Source: Felis catus (Eukaryota). Taken from it: 64,000 nt of DNA. The translations under genes and the position numbers were made by a program. The stretch lies in the NCBI RefSeq assembly GCF_018350175.1, contig NC_058368.1:54934001-54998000 (forward strand), given 5' to 3'. Below the pieces are notes generated by a model. The model did no database searches. It was not told where the DNA came from and saw nothing but the letters and a program-made list of their open reading frames with translations. Shown here one piece after another: positions 40,237-52,884 of the stretch (its first letter is position 1; every line of letters starts with the position of its first letter).

Positions 40237-42446
40237 ATAATGCACTTTACTTCTATCCACGTTATTGCAAATGGTAAGATTTCATTCTTTTTGGTTGCCA
40301 AATAATATCCCATTGTATATATACACCACATCTTCCTTATCCATTCATCAGTCAATAGACATTTGGGCTTTTTCCACAATTTGGATATTGTTTATAGTGC
40401 TTCTATAAACATTGGGATGCATATGCCCCTTCAAATCAGCATTTTTTAATCCTTTGGATAAATACCTAGTAGAGCAATTGCTAGGTAGTAGGGTAGTTCT
40501 ATTTTTAATTTTTTGAGAAAACTCCATACTGTTTTCAAGTTTGCATTCCCACCAACAGTGCACAAGTGTTCCCCCTTCTCCTTTCTCCGTAGCCTTGCCT
40601 ATCCCATCCTATCCTCCATATCCTATTGTTTCCTGAGTTAATTTTAGCCATTCTGACAGATGTGAGGTGGTATCTCATTGTGGTTTTGATTTGCATTTCC
40701 CTGACAATGAGTGATTTGAGCATCTTTTCATGTGTCTGTTAGCCATCTGGATATCTTTGGAAAAGTGTCTATCATGTCTTCTTCCCATTTCTTCACTGGA
40801 TTATTTGGTTTGGGGGGGTGTTGAGTTTGATAAGTTCTTTAAAGATTTTGGATACTAACCCTTTATCTGGTATGTCATTTGCAAATATCTTCCCCCATTC
40901 TGTCAGTTACCTTTTAGTTTTGTTGATTGTTTCCTTTGCTGTGCAGAAACTTTTTATCTTGATGAGGTCCCAATAGTTCATTTTTGCTTTTATTTCCTTC
41001 ACCTCTGGAGATATGTCTAGTAAGAAGTTGCTGTGGCTGAGGTCAAAGAGGTTGCTGCCTATCTTCTCCTCTAGGATTTTGATGGTCTCTTGTCTTACAT
41101 TCAGATCTTTCATCCATTTTGAGTTTATGTTTGTGTATGGTGTAAGAAAGTGGTCCAGTTTCATTCTTCTGCATGTTGTTGTCCAGTTTTCCCAACACTA
41201 TTTGCTGCAGAAATCGTCTTTTTCTCACTGGATATTCTTTCCTGCTTTGTGGAAGATTAGGTGACCATATAATTGTGGGTCCATTTCTGGGCTCTCTATT
41301 CTGTTCCATTGATCTATGTGTCTTCTTTTGTGTCAGTATCATACTGTCTTGATGATTACTGCTTTATAATACAGCCTGAAGTCCAGAATTGTCATGCCTC
41401 CAGCTTTGGTTTTCTTTTTCAACATTACTTTGGCTACTAGGGGTTATTTCTGATTCCATACAAATTATGTAATTGTTTGTTCAAGCTCTATGAAGAAGGT
41501 GGTGTTATTCTGGCAGAGATTGCATTAAATGTATAGATTGCTTTGGGTAGAATCAACATTTTAACAATATTTGATCTTCCAATCCATGAGCATGGAACGT
41601 TTTTCCATTTCTTTCTGTCTTCTTCAATTTCTTTCATAAGCTTTCTATAGTTTTCAGTGTACAGATCTTTTACATCTTTGGTTAGGTTTATTCCTAGGTA
41701 TCTTGTGGTGCAATTGTAAATGGGATCTATTCCTTGATTTCTCTTTTTGCTGCTTCAATCCTGATGTATAGAGATGCAACCGATTTCTGTATATTGATTT
41801 TATATTCTGAGACCTTCTTGACTTCCCCATCAGTTCTAGCATCTTTTTGGTAGAGTCTTTCAGGTTTTCTCTGTAGAGTATCATGTCATCTGCAAAGAGT
41901 GAAAGTTTGACTTCTTCCTTGCCAAATTGTGTGCCTTTTATTTCTTTTTGTTGTCTGGTTGCTGAGGGTAGGACTTCCAGTACTATGTTGAACACCATTG
42001 GTGAGAGTAGACATCCCTGTTGTGTTCCTCACCTTAGTGGGAAAGCTCTCAGTTTTTCCCCACTGAGAATGATATTAGCTGTGGGTCTGATGTATAAGTT
42101 CTTTATGATTTTGAGGTATGTTCTATTTATAGCATTTTAAAATGAATTTATTTAGAATTTATACTACAGTTTTATCTGAGTAGACAATAGAAGAAAGATT
42201 TCAAGCTTCAGAGAGGAAACAAGTAAAGAGAACCATTTAGCTCTCTTTATCTACAAAGATACTAGGAATTTGAAAGCATCATGTACAGAGTAAGATGTGA
42301 GTAAAATTGTTTTAAAATCTATCTATAGGAGCAAGTGATAACCTTTATCTATCTCCAAGCAGAAAATGCTAGAAACCAGGACATCTGCGAAGAGATCTGA
42401 GATTTATTTTCTGGAAAAATATTTTTTCAGGACATAAAAGTGTGGG

Positions 42447-42735
42447 CAGAGAACAAACTGATGGTTGTCAGAGGCGATTGAGGAGGGGTGGTCAAAATAG
42501 GTGAAGGGGAGTAGGAGATACAGGCTTCCAGTTATGGAATAAGTCAATCACAGAGATAAAGGGTGGTGTATAGGGAATATAGTCAATGGTGTTGTAATAG
42601 TTTTCAATGTGACAGATGGTAGCTATGCTTGTGGTTAGCACAGCATACATAGTATATAGGTTTGTCAAATCACTATGCTGTATACCTGAAACTAATATAA
42701 CAACATTGTGTGTCAAATATACTTCAATTAAAAAA
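42447..42735 (+). mobile_element. Short carnivore L1 3' end
   Basis: cagagaacaaactgatggttgtcagagg...tatacttcaattaaaaaaaa; TSD aaaa-g/a-tgtggg. Confidence 0.9.
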
Positions 42736-42769
42736 AATGTGGGGAGAGTTGTACGAAGGAAATCTTAGT

Positions 42770-43590
42770 GGCACAGGACATTCCTTGGGAAACTAAATCT
42801 GACATGCAGATCGACATGAGGTTTACTGGGGAATGCTCTCATGAACAAAACCTGAGGAGTAAGAAGGAAGCAGAATTGAACAGGGGGAAAAGCTGAAATG
42901 CAGTTTTTTTTTTTTAATTTTTTTTCAACGTTTTTTTATTTATTTTTGGGACAGAGAGAGACAGAGCATGAACAGGCGAGGGGCAGAGAGAGAGGGAGAC
43001 ACAGAATCGGAAACAGGCTCCAGGCTCCGAGCCATCAGCCCAGAGCCCGACGCGGGGCTCGAACTCACGGCCGCAAGATCGTGACCTGGCTGAAGTCGGA
43101 CGCTTAACCGACTGCGCCACCCAGGCGCCCCATAAATGCAGTTTAATTACAAGGAAGGCCTGAGCTAATTCTCTAGGGATTCTGGATCTCAAATCTTCAT
43201 ACCCAATCGTTAGCTAATGTTTCACAGGAAGAGGGAGGTGACTTTTCTTGAGGTATGATTTTCTTTAGCTGAGACAAGGGGGAGAGGGGTTTAGCCAAGA
43301 CTGCTGGCTTCTAACAGCCCCATTACCTGGGAAACTAAAGCTTAAACTCTGCAGGCTGAATCTGGACAACACATGACATAGTCCACTAGAATCCACCCTT
43401 TATTTCAGACAACTTTTGAAGTCCCAGCGGCATTAACCGAAACCTTTATTATGACTGTATCAAGACCTAATTCTCCCTCAGCTGAATCCTATTTCCTTAA
43501 GTTTTCCACAGTCACTGATGCCAAGAGCATGTCCCATTAAATTTCATGCATGCAAATTTCGGAGTCAATTTCTGTGAAACTCAGCCTGTG
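42770..43590. mobile_element. Ancient ERVL-class LTR remnants (antisense piece ~42770-43385, sense piece ~43400-43590)
   Basis: gaggtttactggggaatgctctc, gaaggaagcagaattgaacaggggg and cattaaatttcatgcatgcaaat resemble LTR16/33-type LTRs. Confidence 0.55.
42904..43131 (-). mobile_element. Young SINEC_Fc-type CanSINE
   Basis: TSD aaatgcagttt. Confidence 0.98.
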
Positions 43591-43609
43591 ATTTGTACTG
43601 ACAACATTG

Positions 43610-44130
43610 CTCAGTGATCCACTTAGCAAATTTATCTTTTCAAAAACCTACAACTCTGGGATCTATTTGTTTGGAGATTCTGGTTCCTAAGGGAGAAATT
43701 TTTCTACTCGGTACCATAGCAAGAATCCCATTAATCCTCAAATTAAGACTATTCTCTGCCCATTCATTTCAATCTTCTTATGCCAAGATACTAGCAGTCA
43801 GAAGAAAAGTCATCTACCTTTCAGGAAGAATTAATTCTGATCACTGGGATAAGGTGGGCTCGCTGTGACACAATGGGATTAGAGAAAATGCACAGCACCC
43901 AGGAGTTCCACTTAGTGTGTCTTTAACTCTGCATTCTAATTTTGATGGTGAACTGACAAGTATAACCTCTGGGCCTGAATCAAGTATGGTTCACAGGACT
44001 CTTAGGGATAAGGATTTGGGTCACCATACCAAGTAAGTCACCTATTTCAGCACAGGCTGTAGCTGAGGGTGAGGGATCTAGAATGGATAATAAAGAAATT
44101 CATGAGGACCCTTGTGACTTTGAAACCAGA
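43610..44130 (+). mobile_element. ERVL internal remnant (pol 3' end / dUTPase-like region)
   Basis: ORF 43614..43868 PTTLGSICLEILVPKG...IPLILKLRL...VIYLSGRINSD, then aggatttgggtcacc (IWVT), resembling the ERVL pol tail. Confidence 0.8.
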
Positions 44131-44238
44131 TGGGAGAGATTATCATTTGTTTTAGTAATCATTATCTTCTAAATTTCCTGGACTAATACAGGATTAGAAG
44201 AAATATTCTAAAGAGTTCCAGTTAAGAAACTGTGAAAA

Positions 44239-44455
44239 GAGGGCACCTGGGTGGCTAGTTGGTTAAGCATCAACTTCAGCTCAGGTCATGATCTCACAGT
44301 TGGTGGGTTCGAGCCCTGCTTCGGGCTCTGGGCTGACAGCTCAGAGCCTGGAGCCTGCTTCAGATTCTGTGTCTCCCCCTCTCTCTGCCCCTCCCATGCT
44401 CATGCTCTGTCTCTCTCTGTCTCTCAATATAAATAAATGTTAAAAAAAATTTTTT
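44239..44455 (+). mobile_element. CanSINE
   Basis: TSD ttaagaaactgtgaaa. Confidence 0.97.
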
Positions 44456-44647
44456 TTAAGAAACTGTGAAAGGAAACGCTGAAACCATTGTATAAGGGCA
44501 AGATTAATAAAATGATAACACTAGATCTTTGGAGTTAAATAATAAATATAATCTAATAGATATTATTTAAGGAAAAGTTAAGAAAAGTCTTCATGAAAAT
44601 AAAGCAAAGCAACAAAAAATGGCATAAATTAACAAATAGAAGACATA

Positions 44648-45035
44648 AATATTTACCCAAAGGACACAAAAATATTGATGTGAAGGGATACATGCACCCT
44701 GATGTTCATAACAGCATTATCAACAATAGCCAAATTAAGGAAAGAGCCCAAATGTCCACTGACTGATGAATTAAGATGTGTTTTAACACACACACACACA
44801 AATGGAATATTACTCATTACACAATATTATCCATTACACAATGAATGTAATGTAATGTATTACATAATGTAATATTACTCATTACACAATGGAATATTAC
44901 ATCAAAAAGAATGAAATCTTGCCATTTGCAACAACACGGATGGAACTAGAGTGTATTATGCTAAGCAAAATACGTCAGACAAAGAAAGGCAAATACCATA
45001 TGATTTCATTCTTATGTGGAATTTAAGAAAAAAAT
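44648..45035 (+). mobile_element. Carnivore L1 3' fragment
   Basis: gaatgaaatcttgccatttgcaacaacacggatggaactagag. Confidence 0.9.
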
Positions 45036-45173
45036 CAACTTGAGGACAGAAAAAATACATTTATAGATTTTTAATAATTTAGATAACACCTCTCTCATTC
45101 ACAACTTCTCAGGAAATGTCTGAAAGAAATGCTCCAAAACATAAGGACTTAGATATTAATATAAAATATGATA

Positions 45174-45422
45174 GGGGCGCCTGGGTGGCTCAGTCGGTTG
45201 GGCGTCCGACTTCGGCTCAGGTCATGATCTCGCCGTCCGTGAGTTCGAGCCCCGCGTCGGGCTCTGTGCTGACTGCTCAGAGCCTAGAGCCTGTTTCAGA
45301 TTCTGTGTCTCCCTCTCTCTCTGACCCTCCCCCATTCATGCTCTGTCTCTCTCTGTCTCAAAAATAAATAAACGTTAAAAAAAAATTTAAAAAATAATAA
45401 TAAATAAATAAATAAATAAATA
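45174..45422 (+). mobile_element. CanSINE (CpG-rich, young) with (TAAA)n tail
   Basis: TSD ataaaatatgat. Confidence 0.97.
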
Positions 45423-45902
45423 AATAAAATATGATGGAACCTAGAAAATATTTCCAACTCAGTAAGGGGGAAAAAATCTCATGATGACGCTTGTAAGACT
45501 TGAAGAGTGGCAAATTGTCATGCATTACCAATTCCCTCTCCAAATCCTAATCCACATGATGTCAGAAAATCAAGAAGTTAACAGATCCAACTTGCAAATA
45601 TAAACACTCCAAACAAGACACCTAGACCAGAAAATTGTTAGCCAACTTACATAAGAAGGAATATGATTTGAAGAGATGGCAATTATGGGTGGAGAAGAAA
45701 TTGTTAGGTGTGCCCTTCTCTTTGACAATGGCCCTCTAAGTAATTATTTCAAAACAGGAAAAAAAAATGGTAGCAAATTTGGCTAAATTGCATTAAGACA
45801 GTTCTAACATGTAAGGAAAGGGAAAGTTTGACTATGCAAGAAATATCGATTAGTTCATTTCCTCTTTCCCATAACCAAATTATTTAACTAGAAGACTAGA
45901 TT

Positions 45903-46121
45903 TTTTTTTATTTTTTTTCAATGTTTATTTATTTTGGGGACAGAGAGAGACAGAGCATGAACGGGGGAGGGGCAGAGAGAGAGGGAGACACAGAATCGGA
46001 AACAGGCTCCAGGCTCTGAGCCATCAGCCCAGAGCCCGACACGGGGCTCGAACTCACGGACCGCGAGATCGTGACCTGGCTGAAGTCGGACGCTTAACCG
46101 ACTGCGCCACCCAGGCACCCC
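45903..46121 (-). mobile_element. Young SINEC_Fc-type CanSINE
   Basis: TSD aagactagatt. Confidence 0.98.
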
Positions 46122-46414
46122 AAGACTAGATTATTAAAATTGAAATAAATAGTTCTTGAACAGAATGTTATGAATCAAATATGTCTCATCAAGAGCAAAA
46201 CTTTAATATCACATTCGCTGTTCTCAGGGGGTCCTCTTCATCACCATCTAAACACATTAGATGTCACTCATGGTGGAGTCTAAATATCTCTCCTGAATAG
46301 AATTCACTACCCTAGATGGTTAAGAACCCCAGGGGAATACTGCACCCACATGGAAATACAATTAGACATTAAAAATTCAACCATACCTAAAAACAATAAT
46401 AGATATGTGGTATC

Positions 46415-47420
46415 CAGTATGGCATGTAATAGAGCATGGAAATCATCACTTCCGTCCTCACGACCATAAGGTGAACAAACTAAAAATCAACAGCTCTCCT
46501 TAGATCTATCAGATAACTGTCAAGTCAAACCTCCACACCAAAAACTGGAAACACTCACAGGTACCTGGGAACAGAAGACGCTGCCCCAGAAGCCAGCAAC
46601 TGAGAGGAATCATTAATGAGTGAGTGACTGACTGACTAATGAGGGCAGAGATTAACAGATAAAAACTCCTCAGGGCCTAGTCTTGGGGAGGTCCCCCTAA
46701 CCTTGTGGATTTTCCTCCAACAGCCCCACAAAGTTCTCAAGGTAAATGATGGAGAAAAATCTCCTCCTGCTTTTGGCAGGGGGAAGGGAAAAGTAAAAAT
46801 TTTAAAATAAACCCATAGCAATCTGTTCTCCTTAACAAAGGCTTGCTCTACAGGGAAACTATTTTCCTGGAGGCTAACCAACTTGGATTTTACCAGAGCT
46901 TAACTCACCTGATGGTAGAGAAATATCTAACTCCAGCCCTTACTAGTTTCCCTTTCTCACATAAAGGCAGGGAGTAGCTGAGAAGTACTCATGGAGGTCA
47001 CAGCCCAGGGGCACAGATTTATTCAAATAGTGAAACCTAGTCAGAGAATTCTACATTTCCTGCCTCCTCTGCCAAACTTACCACATCAATCAGGGCTTAC
47101 AGCTGAAAGAATTGATGCGTTCTTTCTTAAACAAAGAGTCTAAAACACAAGACAGCAGAGGAGACAAAAACAAGAACTATAGAGGAGATTTCATACATTT
47201 AGAAATAATAGTAAACATGAATTTACAATAGTAAAGCCTACCTCATTCTATAAAGTCAGCATTGTCCTAATACCAAAAAAAGACACATTACAAGAAAGGA
47301 AAATTATAGATTGATGACTCTTATGAACATAGACGCAAAAAATTGTCATCAGAATTTCAGAAACTTTATACACCATGACGATGTGGAATTTATTCCAAGT
47401 ATACAAGACTAGTTCAACAT
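46415..47420 (+). mobile_element. Ancient L1M 5' region followed by a short ORF2 RT fragment
   Basis: gaacaaactaaaaatcaacagctctccttagatc; 47240-47420 ctaataccaaaa...atgaacatagacgcaaaa. Confidence 0.7.
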
Positions 47421-48730
47421 TGTTACTGCACTTTTGGAGTTCTAGCATTCTGTTTGGGTTATTAGAGCTTCCATCACTGCTTACATTACCAATCTGTTCC
47501 TGCATCTTGTTCACTTGTTCCATTATAGCCCTTAGCAATTGCAGGTTTTTAAATTTCCAAATGTGTGCCATATCTGAGTCTGGCTCTGTGGTGCTTTATG
47601 TATTCAAACTATGTTTTTTGTCTTTTCGGATGACCTCTGGTTTTTGTTGAAAGCTGTACATGACATAAACCTAGTCAACAGAATGGATAAACAGGCCTTT
47701 AGTGTGAGGTTTTAGGATTATCTGGCTAGGAGTTAGGCTGTGTTTACAGTTTGCTCTAATTGTAGGTGTCAGAGACTAAATTGTCATCTGATGTCCTGGA
47801 TTTAGCTGTCTTCTTGTCTCTGAATTTTCCCTAGGTATTTCTTTTTAAATAAGGTTTGAGACGTGCAGTTCTTTCTATTGCATTCCCTTGTAATTATACA
47901 AAAGCCCTACTGATGTGGTAGTGAGGACTGGAGGAAAAGAATATTTTCTATGGTCCTATAATTAGTTCGCAGACTTTAGGTGAGCCTACACCCTGGACTG
48001 TGACCTTCATGAATGTTTCTTAATTTGTTTGGTTTTTCCTTCCTTCAGTGTAGTAAGAAAAGCAAGAGGGGCATAAAGATAGATATTTTCTCTTCCCACA
48101 TGTAGAAAGCTAAAGGCAGCTAGTATTAGATATGTCCCACCCCCAGATTAGTTATGCTACTAAAACCCCAGTGGGTTAGGATCTGATAAAATAGTTTTCC
48201 ATGGGGATGGTCCATTTAAAAAGAACAGAATGCTCTGTATATATTTTTTAAGTTTTATTTACTTAAGTAATCTCTATACCCAATGTGGGGCTTGAACTCA
48301 CATTCCCAAGATCAAGAGTCCCATGCTTTCCAGCTGAGCCAGCCAGGAAACCTACTCTGGATATATTTTAAAAGGCTACTTTCTCCCTCCCCCTGCCAGA
48401 AGTGAAGGGATTTTTCTTCAGTGTTTACTCTTATAACCTCGTAGTTTTCCTAGAGGTAAAATTCATGAACATGCAGAGGGCCCTGTAAGACTAGCCACTT
48501 CCCTCCTCCAGGGAATTTTTATTTCTCAAGCTTGTCCACACTGAGCCTCTAGCAATATGTCAATTAAAATTTAAGTTTTCCTACTTGCCTTCCTTTACTA
48601 TTTTTAGGCAGTTTTCTTGTGACCTTCATTCTGTGATGTATCAAAACTGTTTATTTTCACTTTGTTCAGCTTTTTCATTGTATGGATGGAGTGAGGACTT
48701 TAAGCTCGTAACATTTCAGACCAGAAACTG
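47421..48730 (-). mobile_element. Ancient L1M 5'UTR / ORF1 start
   Basis: ORF 47248..47571(-) LRAIMEQVNKMQEQIGNVS resembles the L1 ORF1 coiled coil; homologous to 46600-46850(+). Confidence 0.72.
48245..48352 (-). mobile_element. Short old CanSINE (tRNA-like monomer without CT tract)
   Basis: ggggcttgaactcac...aagatcaagagtc...ctgagccagccagg; TSD ctctg-t/g-atatatttt. Confidence 0.85.
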
Positions 48731-48843
48731 GACATTAAAGTATCTCTCTTTTAATTTAGAGGCTCATAAAAAGAGAAAAATGTAAATATACTGGTTATAC
48801 TTACACTAACGATTGAGAATTTTTCTATTGAAAATGAAATACT

Positions 48844-48995
48844 GGGGTACCTGTGTGGCTCAGTTGGTTAAGTGTCCAACTCTTGATTTTGGCTCCAGTC
48901 ACGATCTCACAGTTCATGAGATTGAGCCCTGTATCAAGCTGTGCTATGACCGCACAGAGCCTGCTTGGGATTCTCTCTCTCTCTGCCTCTAATTC
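48844..48995 (+). mobile_element. CanSINE whose tail region is a purine satellite
   Basis: ggggtacctgtgtggctcagttggttaag head. Confidence 0.92.
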
Positions 48996-49002
48996 TTTCG
49001 AA

Positions 49003-49006
49003 GGAG

Positions 49007-49073
<67 letters not shown>

Positions 49074-49283
49074 AAGAGAAGAGAGAAGAGAGAAGAGAGA
49101 AGAGAGAAGAGAAGAGAAGAGAAGAGAAGAGAAGAGAAGAGAAGAGAAGAGAAGAAAGGAAAGGAAAGGAAAGGAAAGGAAAGGAAAGGAAAGGAAAGGA
49201 AAGGAAAGGAAAGGAAAAGAAAAGAAAAGAAAAGAAAAGAAAAGAAAAGAAAAGAAAAGAAAAGAAAAGAAAAGAAAAGAAAA
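49003..49283. repeat. Compound homopurine microsatellite (GAAA)n(GA)n(GAAGA)n(GGAAA)n(GAAAA)n
   Basis: Directly visible. Confidence 0.98.
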
Positions 49284-49288
49284 TAGTT

Positions 49289-49500
49289 GGGGCACTTGGA
49301 TGGTTCAGTTGGTTAAGCATCTAACTCTTGGTTTCAGCTCAGGTCATGATATCACAGTTCATGGGTTCATGATATCAAGCCCCGCATCAGGCTCTGTGCT
49401 GTCAGCATGGAGCCTGCTTGGGATTCTGTCTCCCTCTCTCTCTCTCTCTCTCTGCCCCTTCCCCACTCACTATCTCTCTCAAAAATATAGACTTAAAAAA
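49289..49500 (+). mobile_element. CanSINE
   Basis: ggggcacttggatggttcagttggttaag head, CT tract and A tail. Confidence 0.94.
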
Positions 49501-52219
49501 AATAAAATACTTTATTTTAAAATGTTTCATGGAGTGACAAACACAGCATACACAAACCACCCACATATAAAATCCCCTATGCCAATTAAATGTAATTTTA
49601 AGAACATCAAACCAAATGCAGACTTTCAAATATAAACTCAAAGAAAATACATTCTTTCAAAAATTGGGGGAAAAAAACACTCCAATCACTTGTAAAGAAA
49701 TGAGAACTACATAGACACTGCATTTTTCTGGAGCAAACCAATATATACTAAGATAATGGAGTAAGAGTGTGAAATGTTGAAGGAACACATAATTTTAATG
49801 CCAGCTAAAATATCATGTAAACTCCAAGGAAAAAAACACACACACCCTCAGGCAACCACAAGCAGTATATCAGAGAAGACGCTCTCTAGAAATACTTTCA
49901 GAGAAGTGCACATTAATATGAAGAATGATTTCACAAAAATTTAGTAAGATGTAAGACATGTTTAAGTAAATAACAGTAAATCTTACTGCTCCCCAGATAA
50001 ACAAGTATCAAAAACAAAAAAGCAATGTAAAACTGTAAAATACAGTTAACACCAAAATGGCAAGGATTGATGGAAAACAGAGGCTGATGTGATCAAGAAA
50101 ATCCCTTCTCTTTTAGACACTGTTAAACTTAAAACTCCCCGGGGGGGGGGGGGGGGGATAGGCATAACATAAGGCTATTCCTTTTACGTGTCTCATAACA
50201 AGAGCCTGCAGCCAGAATGTCTGAGGAATATTACTTCAGCTGATCACAAATTCAGAGATCCAGAAAAGCTTCTCTAAGGTTGTCTTGATGTTTTCATGTT
50301 AGCAAAGAGTTACAGCAGATCCAAGTATCTTGTCCTCAAAGGATACTATCCAAAGCCAAAAAAGGGGTGAGCTGCTGTTTCACAGCTACTTAGGGAACTT
50401 TCTCCTAACACCATCTTCACTTCTCCATATTAGACAAAAGTGCTTAACACAGACGGATTGAAAACAATCACCGGTAATGAGAATGCAGTTATCATGATCG
50501 GTAATCAATATTCAATCAGCACTCAATCCTCAGAATGGAACCCATGAAAAAAGTAGGGAACTTATTCATTCAAAACATCTTCAATGAAAAAAAAATATTT
50601 ATTGGCTCTGCATTACAGTGTATACATAATCATAATGATGTAAGCTTCTATTTATGAAATTAAATATAATGATATGACAGTATTGGAGGAAATACAGATC
50701 ATACAGGGTGTTAAATACTTATAATACTATTTTTATTATTATTACTATAGGAATACACTATAGCATTGTATTATCTAAACCAAATAAATCAAGAAATAAG
50801 AATATAAATGTACTATTTAAAAATTTAAAGTTAATTAGCAAGAAGAAAAACAACTTAAAGAAGTTAAAAAATTATAGTGGAAAACTGTATATATCTGTCA
50901 AATCTACTTTCCTCTTTTCGCATAGTAACAACACCACTTCCCTGCTTGAATCTCTTCAAGGCCCTTTTTGAAGTCATGTGAGATCAAGTGCTTGTCAATG
51001 AATGCAATGTAAATATTAGGTGTTCCACTTTTTGACTTGTGTCTTCAGTCACTGAGTGTCCCTCCTCCAAAGATTCTTTCCCCTAGAGTTTTGGTGGATT
51101 ATTCCCTGCAGGATATCTGGGTCATTTTCCTGGGTGCATGGCTTTCTGGATCTGTCTTGAATAAGTGTTAAGTCTGCCTTAACTGTTGTGAATTTTAATG
51201 TTTTCAACTAAGAAAACTGATCCATTAAATACACCTTTCATTTATTTTTTCCTAAACTACATACATAAGTTACTTTTCTGGACATAAAAAAGAAAATGTA
51301 TACTGATGTTAATTTCGGAAACCAGCCACTCTCCAGGAAGGAACAGTTTTTTATGACAGGATGGCTTAGCTACTCGCTTGTCCCCTACCAACTTCCCCAT
51401 AAATATATAAAAGGCACAGTAGGGGAGGGTCTCCCTCCAGAGTACCACCTACATCCTCATCTAATTGCACAGCACTGTGACATGATCAAAATACAAGAAA
51501 ACTGCATGCATTCCTCTGACCCCGTGCTTCTAGATTTCCCCAATAAATTATACTCACACTGTCATCAAATGTCATTAGCCTTATCATCCTGGCCTTCTGA
51601 TGCACAGATTACACAGATTTCTTACCACATTTCTTACCAACATGATGATTACCAAAATCATAAAAATCAAAATAAATCTTGTTTTCCGTTATGGCTTCAA
51701 ACCATAGGAACTGATAAAGACATTAAAATGATCAACAAATATGAAAATCCAAAATGTCATTTGCTTATTTAAATATTATAAAATAATCTATTAACCCTCA
51801 AATTTATCTTTTAGTCATACATACACAATATTTAATCAAAAGTGAAGAGGACACATTATATTCTAAATATGCTGAGGTTAACATTTATTTATAAAAATGA
51901 GAATATCTAAATATATAAATTGTAAATAATTTTTCAGAAGATTGGGTTTTTGGGGACCAGGTTAATGGACAGGATAGATGCTAAATAAAACACTATTTCT
52001 ATATGTATTTCCCAGGTGGCAGCAAGAAAGGAAAATGCCAGTCAACATTTTATTTTAGTGTTCTAAAATGTTAATGTAATGCTTAAGAATCCCAAGTATG
52101 TCATGAATTTTATGACAAAAAAAGACCTGACAAAAAGTCAACAACACGGAAAAATATATTTTACTGCAAAAGGAAAAACGGTTTGATAATCGTACTTCCG
52201 AGCCTTTATTCCAGTAAGG

Positions 52220-52660
52220 AGACAGTTAAGCAGTGAAACTACAATTATGTGTGCTAGAGTAAAACATACTTACACTGAAACTAGTTTATACCACTTTACT
52301 ACCTGTGTGACTCGGGGGCATGTTACTTAAAAATCGGAGTCTCAAGAATTAGGTAATAAAAATATCTAATATTTACTGAGTGTATACTACATCCCAAGAA
52401 AGACCTACTCAAGTAGGTATAATTATCACCATCCCCATGTTATAGAGAAGGAAGCTGAAACACCAAAGAATTAAAAACTTTTCTAAGATCACACAAGTTT
52501 TAGCAAAGCTACAACTCAACCTCAGATAGTATGACTCCAAAGTCCATGTCTAAACCACAGTTCCCCTGCCTTTTAATAGGATGGGGTTTGATTATTGGGA
52601 GAGTTAAATAACATAATGCATCCAAACAGCATATGGTAATTGCTCAATAAATATTAGCTT
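52220..52660. mobile_element. MIR(+) interrupted by MIR(-) at ~52360-52570
   Basis: ttactacctgtgtgactcggggg / catccccatgttatagagaaggaagctgaaac / gctcaataaatattagct. Confidence 0.7.
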
Positions 52661-52884
52661 GCATATTCCTTTGTTATTAGCAATTAAAATTCTGAATTAC
52701 TAATATATTACTGATTTAATGAGGTACACATTGAAATGGTATTGGCTTCAGACTCCTATAATATCTCTAAGATAAAATACTCAACATTAACATTGTCAAA
52801 GTTGCTTGACAAGATTGTGCATATTGTTAGGACTTGATTCTGACCCTTAGCCTGTGTGTTATTGTGGATTCTCTTAAGGAAAAG

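Larger units (their letters stand above)
39449..42125 (-). mobile_element. 5'-truncated carnivore L1 (ORF2 RT to 3' end), disrupted
   Basis: ORFs ...FNIVLEVL..EEVKLSLFADDMILY and [24 protein letters not shown] tail at the left end. Confidence 0.95.

Noticed and set aside
39449..42125. Potentially active L1
   Set aside because: 5'-truncated, frameshifted and interrupted by two SINEs
48853..49635. 260-aa ORF (and overlapping 119-156 aa ORFs) rich in E/R/K or F/L/S
   Set aside because: It is a translation of two SINEs plus a stop-free purine microsatellite
51296..51772. 158-aa plus-strand ORF in unique-looking DNA
   Set aside because: No recognisable domain and no supporting promoter or splice context; plausible by chance, though blastp or PhyloCSF would settle it
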